A DNA stretch of 24,000 nucleotides from Candidatus Gallilactobacillus intestinavium (GTDB lineage: Bacteria; Bacillota; Bacilli; Lactobacillales; Lactobacillaceae), in NCBI GenBank assembly GCA_017694665.1, contig JADIMP010000066.1:1-24000 (forward strand), read 5' to 3'. Both the position numbers and the translations under genes were made by a program. The notes beneath the pieces are model-generated. The model had not been told where the DNA came from. It saw only the letters and a list, made by a program, of their open reading frames with translations, and did no database searches. Shown here piece by piece: positions 8,578 through 17,435 of this stretch. Numbering within the stretch: position 1 is the stretch's first letter; every line of letters starts with the position of its first letter.

Positions 8578-8578
8578 T

Positions 8579-10018
8579 CTATTTTTTAGGATTAGTATTT
8601 TTAGTAAAGCAAGCCAAAAAAATTCCAATAAAACAAATAATTAATGCTGTAAAGAACGCACTGCGATAACCATAAATTGATGCTTTAAGTATCAAATGAT
8701 GTAACTGATTTTGAGAATTTATTGTATGAATATAACGATATATAAAATTGGTTTTTGTAGTAGTTAAAACACTGGTAAAAATGGCAGTAGCAATTGATCC
8801 GGAAACTTGTCGAAAAGTATTATTAATTGCGCTGCCTTGACTAATTTGGTCTTGAGACAAAGCGTTGATACTAGCTGTAGTAGAAGGCATTAAAATGAAG
8901 GAAACTCCAATAATTCGAATTGTATACATGATGATAATTCTCAAGATGGATGTATGAGCGTTGATAAAGACAAAATCAAAAGTTCCAAATGCCAGAATAA
9001 TAGTACCAGCTAAAATAACTTTTTTAGGACCGAATTTATCTAAAAATTTGCCAGCTACAGGACTTAATAATCCCATACAAATGGCTCCTGGCAATAAGAC
9101 TAATCCAGATTGAAGAGGAGTTAATTTATGAACAATTTGTAAATATAAAGGAATAATTAATTCAATACCGATAAAAGACATTCTAGCAATTGCACCAACA
9201 GTAGAATTTATTGTAAAAGGTTTGATTTTTAATAATTTAATATTTAGAAATGGATTAGATAATTTGGTTTGACGATGGAAGAATAACGTTAAAACAATGA
9301 TTGCTATTATTAAACATAAAATAACTGTATGATTTGTCCAAGAACTTTTACCAACGTATGAAAAACCATATAGTAATGATCCAAAACCGATAACAGATAA
9401 AATGCCTGAATACCAATCTAAACTGTTAGCTTTGTTTGGCATAATGTTTCTCATATAAATAGTAGATAAAATTAAATCTAAAATAATTAATGGAATTAAA
9501 ATTTGGAATAATAAATGCCAAGAGTAGTGCATTAAAATCCATCCAGATAGACAAGGTCCGATTGCAGGAGCAAAACCAATTGCTAGGCCACGTATGCCCA
9601 TAATAAATCCACGTTTATTAATGGGGTACATATACATTGTCATAGCCTGCGTTAATGGTAAAACTACACCGCCTCCCATAGCTTGTAAAATTCTTCCTAT
9701 TAATAAACATGGAAAATTATCTACTATACAGCAAATGACAGTTCCTATGGAAAAAATTACCATTGCAGATAAATACAAACTCCTACTGTTAAATCGATCC
9801 ATCAACCATCCAGTGATTGGAATCATAACTCCCATCATTAAAAGATAACCTGTGTTTAACCATTGAATTGTATTTACAGAAACGTTGAAATCTTTCATTA
9901 ATGAAGGCAATGCGGTGGTAAGTAATGTTTGTGGCAAAAAGCAAACAAAAACTCCTAAAATACCAATTGCATTAATCACGTTGCGATTATATTTTTTACC
10001 GTAAACGTCTGTTTGCAT
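8579..10018 (-). CDS. MFS transporter, DHA2 (EmrB/QacA-type, 14-TMS) drug:H+ antiporter family
   Basis: 479 aa with an AAGGAG SD sequence. TALPSLMKDFNVSVNTIQWLNTGYLLMMGVMIPITGWLMDRFNSR and LIGRILQAMGGG are DHA2 signature regions. About 14 hydrophobic segments are present. Confidence 0.8.
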   Translation of the reverse strand: MQTDVYGKKYNRNVINAIGILGVFVCFLPQTLLTTALPSLMKDFNVSVNTIQWLNTGYLLMMGVMIPITGWLMDRFNSRSLYLSAMVIFSIGTVICCIVDNFPCLLIGRILQAMGGGVVLPLTQAMTMYMYPINKRGFIMGIRGLAIGFAPAIGPCLSGWILMHYSWHLLFQILIPLIILDLILSTIYMRNIMPNKANSLDWYSGILSVIGFGSLLYGFSYVGKSSWTNHTVILCLIIAIIVLTLFFHRQTKLSNPFLNIKLLKIKPFTINSTVGAIARMSFIGIELIIPLYLQIVHKLTPLQSGLVLLPGAICMGLLSPVAGKFLDKFGPKKVILAGTIILAFGTFDFVFINAHTSILRIIIMYTIRIIGVSFILMPSTTASINALSQDQISQGSAINNTFRQVSGSIATAIFTSVLTTTKTNFIYRYIHTINSQNQLHHLILKASIYGYRSAFFTALIICFIGIFLACFTKNTNPKK

Positions 10019-10090
10019 TTTATCTCCTTTTTAAATTATATTAATGTTTTTATAATTCTATAATTGATTAATCTAATTCATTTAAATAAT

Positions 10091-10108
10091 AGTTGTCAAA
10101 TTTATTGA
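10091..10108 (+). repeat. Copy 1 of an 18-nt direct repeat (AGTTGTCAAATTTATTGA) upstream of rpsB
   Basis: Read directly from the sequence. It contains TTGTCA, which is TTGACA on the minus strand, and overlaps the putative rpsB -35 element. Confidence 0.6.
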
Positions 10109-10134
10109 TAAGTAAACAATAATTTTGATATACT
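10105..10134 (+). promoter_or_regulatory. Putative sigma-A promoter for rpsB-tsf
   Basis: TTGATA (10105-10110), an 18-nt spacer, and an extended -10 TGaTATACT (10126-10134). The AT-rich background makes chance matches likely. Confidence 0.4.
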
Positions 10135-10191
10135 AATAAACGGCTTTTGCCAATTCACACTTATCAGGATGATTTGAATGTTGCTTATATA

Positions 10192-10208
10192 AGTTGTCAA
10201 ATTATTGA
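10192..10208 (+). repeat. Copy 2 of the direct repeat (AGTTGTCAAATTATTGA), inside the putative rpsB 5' leader
   Basis: Identical to copy 1 except for one missing T. It lies about 100 nt downstream of copy 1 and just 5' of two GGAGG motifs. Confidence 0.6.
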
Positions 10209-10245
10209 ATGATAGGGAGGAAATAAACAAACGGAGGAAAATAAC

Positions 10246-11043
10246 ATGTCTGTTATTTCAATGAAACAATTATTAGAGGCCGGTGTTCATTTTGGTCATC
10301 AAACAAGAAGATGGAATCCTAAAATGAAACCTTACATTTTTACAGAAAGAAATGGAATTTATATTGTTGATTTACAAAAGACTGTAAAAATGGTTGATGT
10401 GGCTTACAACTTTATTAAAGAACAAGCTGCTAATGATGCTAACATTTTATTTGTTGGTACTAAAAAGCAAGCACAAGATTCAATTGAAGAATCTGCTAAG
10501 AAATGTGGTATGTACTATATTAATCATCGTTGGTTAGGTGGTACATTAACTAATTGGAATACTATTCAAAAAAGAATTAAAAGATTAAAGCAACTTAAAA
10601 AAATGGAAGAAGATGGTACTTTTGAACGTCTTCCTAAGAAAGAAGTTGCTGTATTAACAAAACAACGTGAAAAATTAGAAAAATTCTTAGGTGGAATTGA
10701 GGACATGCCTGGTTTGCCAGATGTATTATTCATCGTTGACCCACATAAAGAACAGATTGCTGTTAAGGAAGCTAATAAATTAAATATTCCTGTTGTAGCA
10801 ATGGTTGACACTAATACTGATCCTGATGATATCGATTATATTATTCCATCTAATGATGATGCTATTCGTGCTATTAAATTAATTACAGGTAAAATGGCAG
10901 ATGCTGTAATTGAAGGACGCCAAGGAGAAGATAGCATTTCTGAAGATGATTTTGAAAGTGAAGAATCTGAAAATGAATCTAAAGATATAGAAGATTCTCC
11001 AGCAGCAGAAGATTCTGAAGAAAATGATGATAATGAAGAATAA
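10246..11043 (+). CDS. rpsB: 30S ribosomal protein S2
   Basis: [22 protein letters not shown] and the rest of the sequence are unmistakable for S2. The C-terminal tail is acidic. Confidence 0.97.
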   Translation: MSVISMKQLLEAGVHFGHQTRRWNPKMKPYIFTERNGIYIVDLQKTVKMVDVAYNFIKEQAANDANILFVGTKKQAQDSIEESAKKCGMYYINHRWLGGTLTNWNTIQKRIKRLKQLKKMEEDGTFERLPKKEVAVLTKQREKLEKFLGGIEDMPGLPDVLFIVDPHKEQIAVKEANKLNIPVVAMVDTNTDPDDIDYIIPSNDDAIRAIKLITGKMADAVIEGRQGEDSISEDDFESEESENESKDIEDSPAAEDSEENDDNEE

Positions 11044-11069
11044 TTTAATTTAATTTTGGAGGAATAAAA

Positions 11070-11945
11070 ATGGCAATTACAGCTAAACAAGTAAAATCTT
11101 TACGTGATAAAACTGGTGTTGGTATGATGGACGCCAAAAAAGCTTTAGTAGAAGCTGATGGTGATGAAGCTAAGGCTTTAGATATTTTACGTGAAAAGGG
11201 GATAGCTAAGGCTGCTAAAAAAAGTGATCGTGTGGCTGCAGATGGATCAACTAGTGTTTATGTAGATGGTAATCGTGCTGCTATTATTGAATTGAATTCT
11301 GAAACTGACTTTGTAGCTTCAAACGATAATTTTAAGAATTTATTGAATACTATTGCAGAAGCAATTGCTAAAAACAATCCTTCTACTGTCGATGATGTTT
11401 TAAAATTAAAAGATAGTGAAGGTAATACAATTAATGATGATATTATTTCAACTACTCAAGTAACTGGTGAAAAGATTAGTTTACGTCGTTTTAAAGTTGT
11501 TGAAAAAACAGATGATCAAGTGTTTGGTTCTTATATTCATATGGGCGGAGCAATTGCTGCTTTAGTTGTTCTAGATGGTAATGATGCTGAAGCTGCTAAA
11601 GATGTAGCTATGCATGTTGCTGCCATTAATCCTGAATATAGAGATCGTAATGATGTTCCTGCTGATAAGCTTAATCATGAAAAAGAAGTTTTAGCTAATG
11701 AAGATGATTTAAACGGTAAACCTGATAATATTAAAGAAAAAATTATTGAAGGCCGTTTAAATAAGTGGTTATCTGAAATTTCTTTAAATGATCAACCATT
11801 TGTTAAAGATACTGATCAAACGGTTAGCCAATATTTAGATTCTAAAAATTGTAAACTAGCTTCATTTATTCGTTATCAAGTAGGTGAAGGAATTGAAAAG
11901 AAAGATGACGATTTTGTAAGCGAAGTAATGAATCAAATTAAATAA
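11070..11945 (+). CDS. tsf: Translation elongation factor Ts
   Basis: [30 protein letters not shown] is the UBA-like N-terminus of EF-Ts. GGAGG SD sequence. The gene follows rpsB. Confidence 0.97.
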   Translation: MAITAKQVKSLRDKTGVGMMDAKKALVEADGDEAKALDILREKGIAKAAKKSDRVAADGSTSVYVDGNRAAIIELNSETDFVASNDNFKNLLNTIAEAIAKNNPSTVDDVLKLKDSEGNTINDDIISTTQVTGEKISLRRFKVVEKTDDQVFGSYIHMGGAIAALVVLDGNDAEAAKDVAMHVAAINPEYRDRNDVPADKLNHEKEVLANEDDLNGKPDNIKEKIIEGRLNKWLSEISLNDQPFVKDTDQTVSQYLDSKNCKLASFIRYQVGEGIEKKDDDFVSEVMNQIK

Positions 11946-11950
11946 TTTCA

Positions 11951-11982
11951 AAAAAATGCGTACTTACGTACGCTTTTTTTTT
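11951..11982 (+). terminator. Rho-independent terminator after tsf
   Basis: The hairpin gcgtac-ttac-gtacgc is flanked by an A-run and a 9-T run. Confidence 0.7.
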
Positions 11983-12001
11983 GAAATCAAGGAGTTAAAT
12001 T

Positions 12002-12727
12002 ATGAGTGATATAAAATATAAAAGAATAATGCTAAAATTAAGTGGAGAAGCATTAGCAGGAGATAAGGGATTTGGTATTTACCCACCTAAAATTAAAAAA
12101 GTAGCAGAGGAATTAAAAGATGTTTATGCTTTAGGTGTTCAAATAGCTATTGTTGTTGGTGGTGGAAATATTTGGCGTGGCGAAGCTGGATCAGAAATGG
12201 GAATGGAACGTTCTCAAGCTGATTATGTTGGTATGTTAGCAACTATTATGAATGCATTAGCTTTACAAGATAGTTTGGAACAAATTGGGATTCCCACGAG
12301 AGTTCAAACTTCTATTGAAATGAGACAAATAGCTGAACCTTATATACGTCGTAAGGCAATTCGTCATTTAGAAAAAGAGAGAATTGTTATTTTTGCTGGT
12401 GGAACTGGATCGCCATACTTTTCTACTGATACCACTGCAGCATTACGAGCTGCTGAAATTAATGCAGATGCTATTTTAATGGCGAAGAATGGTACAGATG
12501 GAATTTATTCAGCGGATCCAAATAAAGATGACAGTGCAATTAAATATACTGAATTAACTCATAAAGATATTCTTGATAAAAACTTACATGTAATGGATAC
12601 TACTGCTACATCGTTGTCTATGGAAAATAATATTCCTTTAGTTGTGTTTAACTTTAATAAATCAGGTAATGTGTTAAAAGTAGTTAAAGGTGATAATAGT
12701 ATTGGAACTACTGTAAAAGGAGAGTAA
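12002..12727 (+). CDS. pyrH: UMP kinase
   Basis: [23 protein letters not shown] and [14 protein letters not shown] motifs. Confidence 0.97.
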   Translation: MSDIKYKRIMLKLSGEALAGDKGFGIYPPKIKKVAEELKDVYALGVQIAIVVGGGNIWRGEAGSEMGMERSQADYVGMLATIMNALALQDSLEQIGIPTRVQTSIEMRQIAEPYIRRKAIRHLEKERIVIFAGGTGSPYFSTDTTAALRAAEINADAILMAKNGTDGIYSADPNKDDSAIKYTELTHKDILDKNLHVMDTTATSLSMENNIPLVVFNFNKSGNVLKVVKGDNSIGTTVKGE

Positions 12728-12729
12728 TT

Positions 12730-13293
12730 ATGACAGATAAAAATAATATTTTACAGACTGCTAAAGAAAAAATGAAGAAAGCTGAAGACGCTTTTTCTCA
12801 TGAATTAGGCTCTATTCGTGCAGGTAGAGCTAATGCAGGTTTATTATCTGATATTAAAGCGGATTATTATGGGGTAGAAACACCAATTAATCAAATGGCT
12901 TCAATTACGATTCCAGAAAGTCGAGTTTTAATGGTTACTCCTTTTGATAAAAGTAGTTTAAAGGCTATTGAACACGCTATTTTAATTTCTGATTTAGGAA
13001 TTAATCCTGAGAATGATGGGGAAACAATTCGTTTAGTTATACCTCAGCTAACTGAAGAATCACGTAAAGATTTGGTTAAACAGGTTAAAGCTAAAATGGA
13101 AGATGCTAAAAATACGGTTCGTGGTGTCAGACGGGAAGGTAGAGATAATTTAAAGAAAGCTCATAATAATAGTGATATTACAGATGATGAACAATATGAT
13201 TTGGAAAAACAGTTACAAAATTTAACTGATGAGTCAATTAAAAATGTAGAAAAAATTGCAGAAGATAAAGAAAAAGAATTAATGAATGATTAG
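12730..13293 (+). CDS. frr: Ribosome recycling factor
   Basis: LGSIRAGRANAGLLSDIKADYYG and PQLTEESRKDLVKQVK. The start lies 2 nt after the pyrH stop codon. Confidence 0.97.
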   Translation: MTDKNNILQTAKEKMKKAEDAFSHELGSIRAGRANAGLLSDIKADYYGVETPINQMASITIPESRVLMVTPFDKSSLKAIEHAILISDLGINPENDGETIRLVIPQLTEESRKDLVKQVKAKMEDAKNTVRGVRREGRDNLKKAHNNSDITDDEQYDLEKQLQNLTDESIKNVEKIAEDKEKELMND

Positions 13294-13303
13294 TTTGTTA
13301 TTT

Positions 13304-13345
13304 AAAATCTAAAACCATTGTAAATATGGCTTTAGATTTTTTATT
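13304..13345 (+). terminator. Rho-independent terminator after frr
   Basis: A 14-bp stem with one mismatch pairs aaaatctaaaacca with tggctttagatttt. It is followed by ttatt. Confidence 0.6.
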
Positions 13346-13368
13346 AGCTATTATTTAAAGGTATTAAT

Positions 13369-15033
13369 ATGAAAAATAAAAATTATTTATTGAAAAATTT
13401 AGGAATAATTATTAGTTTTGCTTTTTTTAGTTGTTTATTTGTTTATCCATTTTTAAAAACAGGTCACTTTTTTTTAGGAGATGATATTGCATATCATTTC
13501 AACCGTATTAACGAATTAGTATATGATATTCGTCATGGAAATTGGTATCCATATTTTTATTCTCATAATTTTGATAAAGTTAATTTTCCGTTAGGTATTT
13601 TTTATCCACAAATAACATTAATTCCTTTTGCTGTATTAGTTATTGTTACAGGAAGTTATGTTAAAGGTATTTATTTTACTTACGCTTTAATAATGTTTGT
13701 TGCTTTATGTTTAACTTTCATTGTAAGTAAAAAAGTAACTAAAAGTAATATTTCATCATTTTTTACTGCAGTTATTTATGGTTTTAGTTTGTATTTTTCT
13801 TTGAATGCTTATACTAGATTTGATGTTGGCGAATTCATAGCTATGGCATTTTTACCATTAGTGTTATATGGATTTTATGCTACGTTATGTGGTAATTATC
13901 ATGATTGGCCGTATCTTGCTTTTGGTCTATCTTTTGTTATGTTGACCCATGTTTTAAGTACTTTTATTGATGTGCTGTTCATGTTTATTATTTTTATTGG
14001 GTTGATTTGGCAAGCGAAAGACAAAAAGAGAAGAATAATATCGTTTATAAAATCTGTAGGAATTTTTTTATGTAGTTCTGCAATATTTTTAATTCCGTTT
14101 ATGGAGCAAGAACATTTTCAAAAATTTAACAAACCTACACCAACTATACTCATAGGTATGCCTTTAGATAAAATTATCATATCCATGTTGGATAATTCAA
14201 TGACTAAGGATGGAACGTATACAGTTGGATTAATTGGATTAATAATTATTATATTAGGAATAATATTTTATAAAAGATTAAGTAAGTTAAATCGTTTTTC
14301 TTTAATTACAAGTGTATTTTTAATTCTATGTACAAGTTCTGTTTTACCTGTGTTTATTTTGAATAAGACGTTTATTAATGTTATTCAATTTATGTTTAGA
14401 ATTTTAGGAATTTCTACATTTTTATTAGCTATTGTAGGTGGACAAATAGCATCTATATTAATTAATCGAAATAATAGAAATGCACGTAAAAAATTATTAT
14501 TGATTACTTTAATGACTATTGCAATTATTTGTCCTTGGTATTCATCGGTACATATGTATAAAGAAACTAATCCTATTTTATTAAAAAAAGATTATTTTCA
14601 AACGGATCCTCCTTATGCTACTGCTTGGTATTTAGATCAATATATGCCTGCTAAGAGTATGCATATATTTAAAGATATTAAGAAACATGTTGCTTTAGCA
14701 GATAATAAAAAAATTAAATTATCAGAATCTAAAAATATTAAAAGTATAAACAATGGAATTATTTTTAAAAGTAGAAAATTTAATAAAATTCATAAATTAT
14801 CTTTACCTGTTCCTGTTTATACAAACGAAAAGGTAAAATTAAATAATAGGAGTATTAATTTTAATATTAGTAAACAACACACTATTCAATTGTCTAACGT
14901 TAATTTAACTAAGAATTCGCAAATTAAGGTTTATTATCGCATGAGTATGTTTGATAAATTAGGTATAATTTTAAGCTTGTTAACTTGGATTATAGGTATT
15001 TGTTGGTTAATTAAACATAAATTAATGAATTAA
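13369..15033 (+). CDS. Large polytopic membrane protein, GT-C-like (YfhO/PTPS-related-like) putative lipid-linked-sugar glycosyltransferase; intact paralog of 1139..2941
   Basis: 554 aa. About 12 N-terminal TM segments are followed by a roughly 150-aa soluble region and a C-terminal TM anchor. A conserved first-loop motif DDIAYHFNRINEL...HG is present. The function is inferred from architecture only. Confidence 0.65.
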   Translation: MKNKNYLLKNLGIIISFAFFSCLFVYPFLKTGHFFLGDDIAYHFNRINELVYDIRHGNWYPYFYSHNFDKVNFPLGIFYPQITLIPFAVLVIVTGSYVKGIYFTYALIMFVALCLTFIVSKKVTKSNISSFFTAVIYGFSLYFSLNAYTRFDVGEFIAMAFLPLVLYGFYATLCGNYHDWPYLAFGLSFVMLTHVLSTFIDVLFMFIIFIGLIWQAKDKKRRIISFIKSVGIFLCSSAIFLIPFMEQEHFQKFNKPTPTILIGMPLDKIIISMLDNSMTKDGTYTVGLIGLIIIILGIIFYKRLSKLNRFSLITSVFLILCTSSVLPVFILNKTFINVIQFMFRILGISTFLLAIVGGQIASILINRNNRNARKKLLLITLMTIAIICPWYSSVHMYKETNPILLKKDYFQTDPPYATAWYLDQYMPAKSMHIFKDIKKHVALADNKKIKLSESKNIKSINNGIIFKSRKFNKIHKLSLPVPVYTNEKVKLNNRSINFNISKQHTIQLSNVNLTKNSQIKVYYRMSMFDKLGIILSLLTWIIGICWLIKHKLMN

Positions 15034-15035
15034 TT

Positions 15036-15072
15036 AAAAATAGCTTTATCAATTAATGATAAAGCTATTTTT
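15036..15072. terminator. Bidirectional terminator between the two convergent membrane-protein genes
   Basis: A perfect 15-bp inverted repeat pairs aaaaatagctttatc with gataaagctattttt around a 7-nt loop. The right arm and loop overlap the last codons of the minus-strand gene. Confidence 0.65.
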
Positions 15073-16560
15073 ATTATGAATTTTTTGATAGTTATTTGAA
15101 TAAATGAGAAATAATGGTAAAAATTGAATTAAATATCTAGATCTTCCTCCTTCAAAAAATAATAAGAATAATAGTCCACCCATAATTCCTAATTTAATAA
15201 TAACGTCAATGACATTTTTATTTTTCCAATTTAATGAATTACGCAATATAATACATAAAATAACGATCCACCATAGTTGACATAAAATAAAAGTTTTATT
15301 TAAGTTTTTACCATTTTTATATAAAAACGAAACAATAAAATTATTGATTTTTCCTTTAACTGGATGACTATCTATCATGGTTGTACCTTCTTTTTGCCAT
15401 CCCATAGATCCATCAAACGTATTTAAATAATTTTTTTGAATAAAAAATTTAATTAGTGAAGATGGTTTAGTTTTAGTAAATCTATTAACAATAATCTTTT
15501 GAGATTGCTTTTTAATGAAAAACGTGGAACGACCTCTATCGCTGTTGACTAATTGTGGATTATAACCACCATCACCAGTAATGCCCATAGCAAGAAAGTG
15601 ATTGGGGGGGAAGCTAGTATTTTTAATTATCTTATATGTTGATTGGTGTTTAATGTATATTTGATTAACTTTAGTAATCGCAACAAAACTACATGTTGAA
15701 ATTAATAAAATGATTAAACTCTTTAATAAATTTTTCTTATTAATGTACATTAAACCAACAAAAAATGCTGCAAATAAAACTATTATTGCAGAAGGTTTAA
15801 TTAAATAAGTAATTCCTACACTTAATCCAAGTAGTATTGAATAAATTATTTTATGAGTTTTATGTTTTTCTAATTTATTTATTAATTGAGTTAAAAATAA
15901 AATGATTAATGAAACAAAGGGTAAAACAAAATTGTCGCTGTAAGAGATAAATAGATTGGGAAAAAATAATATCCAAGTAAATTCTATATATGCCATATTA
16001 GCTACTTTTGATGGGCTAATTAGATGAACTGTAAATAAATTAATTAATGCTGATAAGTAAACACAAATTAATGCGGAAATATTTAAAAATGTCCAAGATA
16101 TGTTTTGATGAATTAAATTTTTAATATCGTGAAAAAATAAGATTATGAATAAATTATTAGGTGATTGACTAATATATTGGTGCATAAACTTATTATGTAC
16201 TAATTCATGATAATTATTCATATTTATTAATTGATGAATTGCATAGGGATCCCAAAATGATATAGATACTTTGATTCTTGTTATAACAATCAATTGAATA
16301 ATAAATAGAATAGCTAATAGTGATAGTGATGTTTTTAGTTTATGATCAATAAAAATATATTTACATAATTTTTTAACAGGTAAAACATAATAAACTATTA
16401 AGAAAGATAGAATTATAGTTAGGGGTAATAAGAGCAATAATTTACTATGAAATAATAATTGAAAATGTGAATTGATAAATGCTCCAATAAGTATAATAAC
16501 CATCCAAAAAGTAAAAAGAATATTAATTACATTAAAAACAAAATTACGTATTTTGACCAT
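15049..16560 (-). CDS. Polytopic membrane protein, ArnT/PMT-like (GT-C-type) putative glycosyltransferase; unrelated in sequence to the 554-aa neighbour
   Basis: 503 aa with about 11-12 TM segments. A periplasmic-type loop is followed by a YLIKPSAIIVLFAAFF-type helix and a roughly 100-aa extracytoplasmic segment before the last helices. The nearest AGGAG is about 20 nt from the ATG, so the start is uncertain. Confidence 0.6.
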   Translation of the reverse strand: MVKIRNFVFNVINILFTFWMVIILIGAFINSHFQLLFHSKLLLLLPLTIILSFLIVYYVLPVKKLCKYIFIDHKLKTSLSLLAILFIIQLIVITRIKVSISFWDPYAIHQLINMNNYHELVHNKFMHQYISQSPNNLFIILFFHDIKNLIHQNISWTFLNISALICVYLSALINLFTVHLISPSKVANMAYIEFTWILFFPNLFISYSDNFVLPFVSLIILFLTQLINKLEKHKTHKIIYSILLGLSVGITYLIKPSAIIVLFAAFFVGLMYINKKNLLKSLIILLISTCSFVAITKVNQIYIKHQSTYKIIKNTSFPPNHFLAMGITGDGGYNPQLVNSDRGRSTFFIKKQSQKIIVNRFTKTKPSSLIKFFIQKNYLNTFDGSMGWQKEGTTMIDSHPVKGKINNFIVSFLYKNGKNLNKTFILCQLWWIVILCIILRNSLNWKNKNVIDVIIKLGIMGGLLFLLFFEGGRSRYLIQFLPLFLIYSNNYQKIHNKNSFIIN

Positions 16561-16686
16561 TATATTGATAAATAATAAACTCCTATCATTAATGTTACAT
16601 TTGAATTATACGAATTATATATAATAATGAAAAGATGTTTTATTTTTGATAGACTGATACATGTATAAATTTAAAAGGCTAATATC

Positions 16687-17421
16687 ATGAATAAGGAATT
16701 GAAAAATGAGGTACCTAAACATGTAGCAATTATTATGGATGGAAATGGACGTTGGGCTAAAAAACGTCATTTGCCTAGAATTGCTGGACATAAGAAGGGT
16801 ATGGAAATTATTAAAAATATAACTAAAGCTGCTAATCGTTTGGGGATTAAAGTATTAACAGTTTACGCATTTTCTACAGAGAATTGGCAGCGATCTCAAG
16901 AAGAAGTTAGTTATTTGATGAAATTACCTATAATTTTTTTTAATAGTTTTGTTCCTGAATTAATTAAAGAAAATGTTAGGGTAAATATTATGGGTTATGT
17001 TAATCAATTGCCCAACGATACTCAAAAAGCAATAAGTGCGGCTATACAACAAACTAGTCGTTGTGATGGAATGATTTTGAATATCGCTTTAAATTATGGG
17101 GGACATGATGAACTAGTAACTGCTTTTAAATTAATGGCAACGGATTTGCAAAAGGGCAAATTAACTATTGATCAGATAGATCAAAATTTAGTATCAGATT
17201 ATTTAATGACTCATGAATTAAAACCGTACGATAATCCAGAATTAATGATTCGAACAAGTGGTGAACAAAGAATATCTAATTTTCTCTTATGGCAATTAGC
17301 ATATAGTGAATTTATGTTTACTGATACTTATTGGCCAGATTTTACAGCAGAAGAGTTTTATGAGTTAATTCATGCATATCAAAAACGCGATCGACGTTTT
17401 GGAAAAATTAAAGATGAATGA
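16687..17421 (+). CDS. uppS: Undecaprenyl diphosphate synthase (cis-prenyltransferase)
   Basis: HVAIIMDGNGRWA and RTSGEQRISNFLLWQ signature motifs. Confidence 0.95.
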   Translation: MNKELKNEVPKHVAIIMDGNGRWAKKRHLPRIAGHKKGMEIIKNITKAANRLGIKVLTVYAFSTENWQRSQEEVSYLMKLPIIFFNSFVPELIKENVRVNIMGYVNQLPNDTQKAISAAIQQTSRCDGMILNIALNYGGHDELVTAFKLMATDLQKGKLTIDQIDQNLVSDYLMTHELKPYDNPELMIRTSGEQRISNFLLWQLAYSEFMFTDTYWPDFTAEEFYELIHAYQKRDRRFGKIKDE

Positions 17422-17435
17422 TTAGGAGATTACTT

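Noticed and set aside
9594-9848. 84-aa plus-strand ORF inside the MFS gene
   Set aside because: It lies entirely antisense to a well-supported DHA2 transporter CDS. It has no SD sequence and its composition is a codon-shadow artefact.
10921-11043. Long acidic low-complexity C-terminal tail on ribosomal protein S2
   Set aside because: Acidic C-terminal extensions of S2 are common in lactic acid bacteria, so this is not evidence of a fusion or a novel domain.
10566-11090. Two minus-strand ORFs (81 and 84 aa), one strikingly Ser-rich, overlapping rpsB
   Set aside because: They are antisense to rpsB. The Ser-rich run is simply the reverse complement of the GAA/GAT-rich acidic tail of S2 read in another frame.
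16627-16668. 13-codon mini-ORF (MKRCFIFDRLIHV) in the spacer upstream of uppS, a possible leader peptide
   Set aside because: It has no SD sequence and no associated alternative hairpins. ORFs this short arise by chance in AT-rich spacers.
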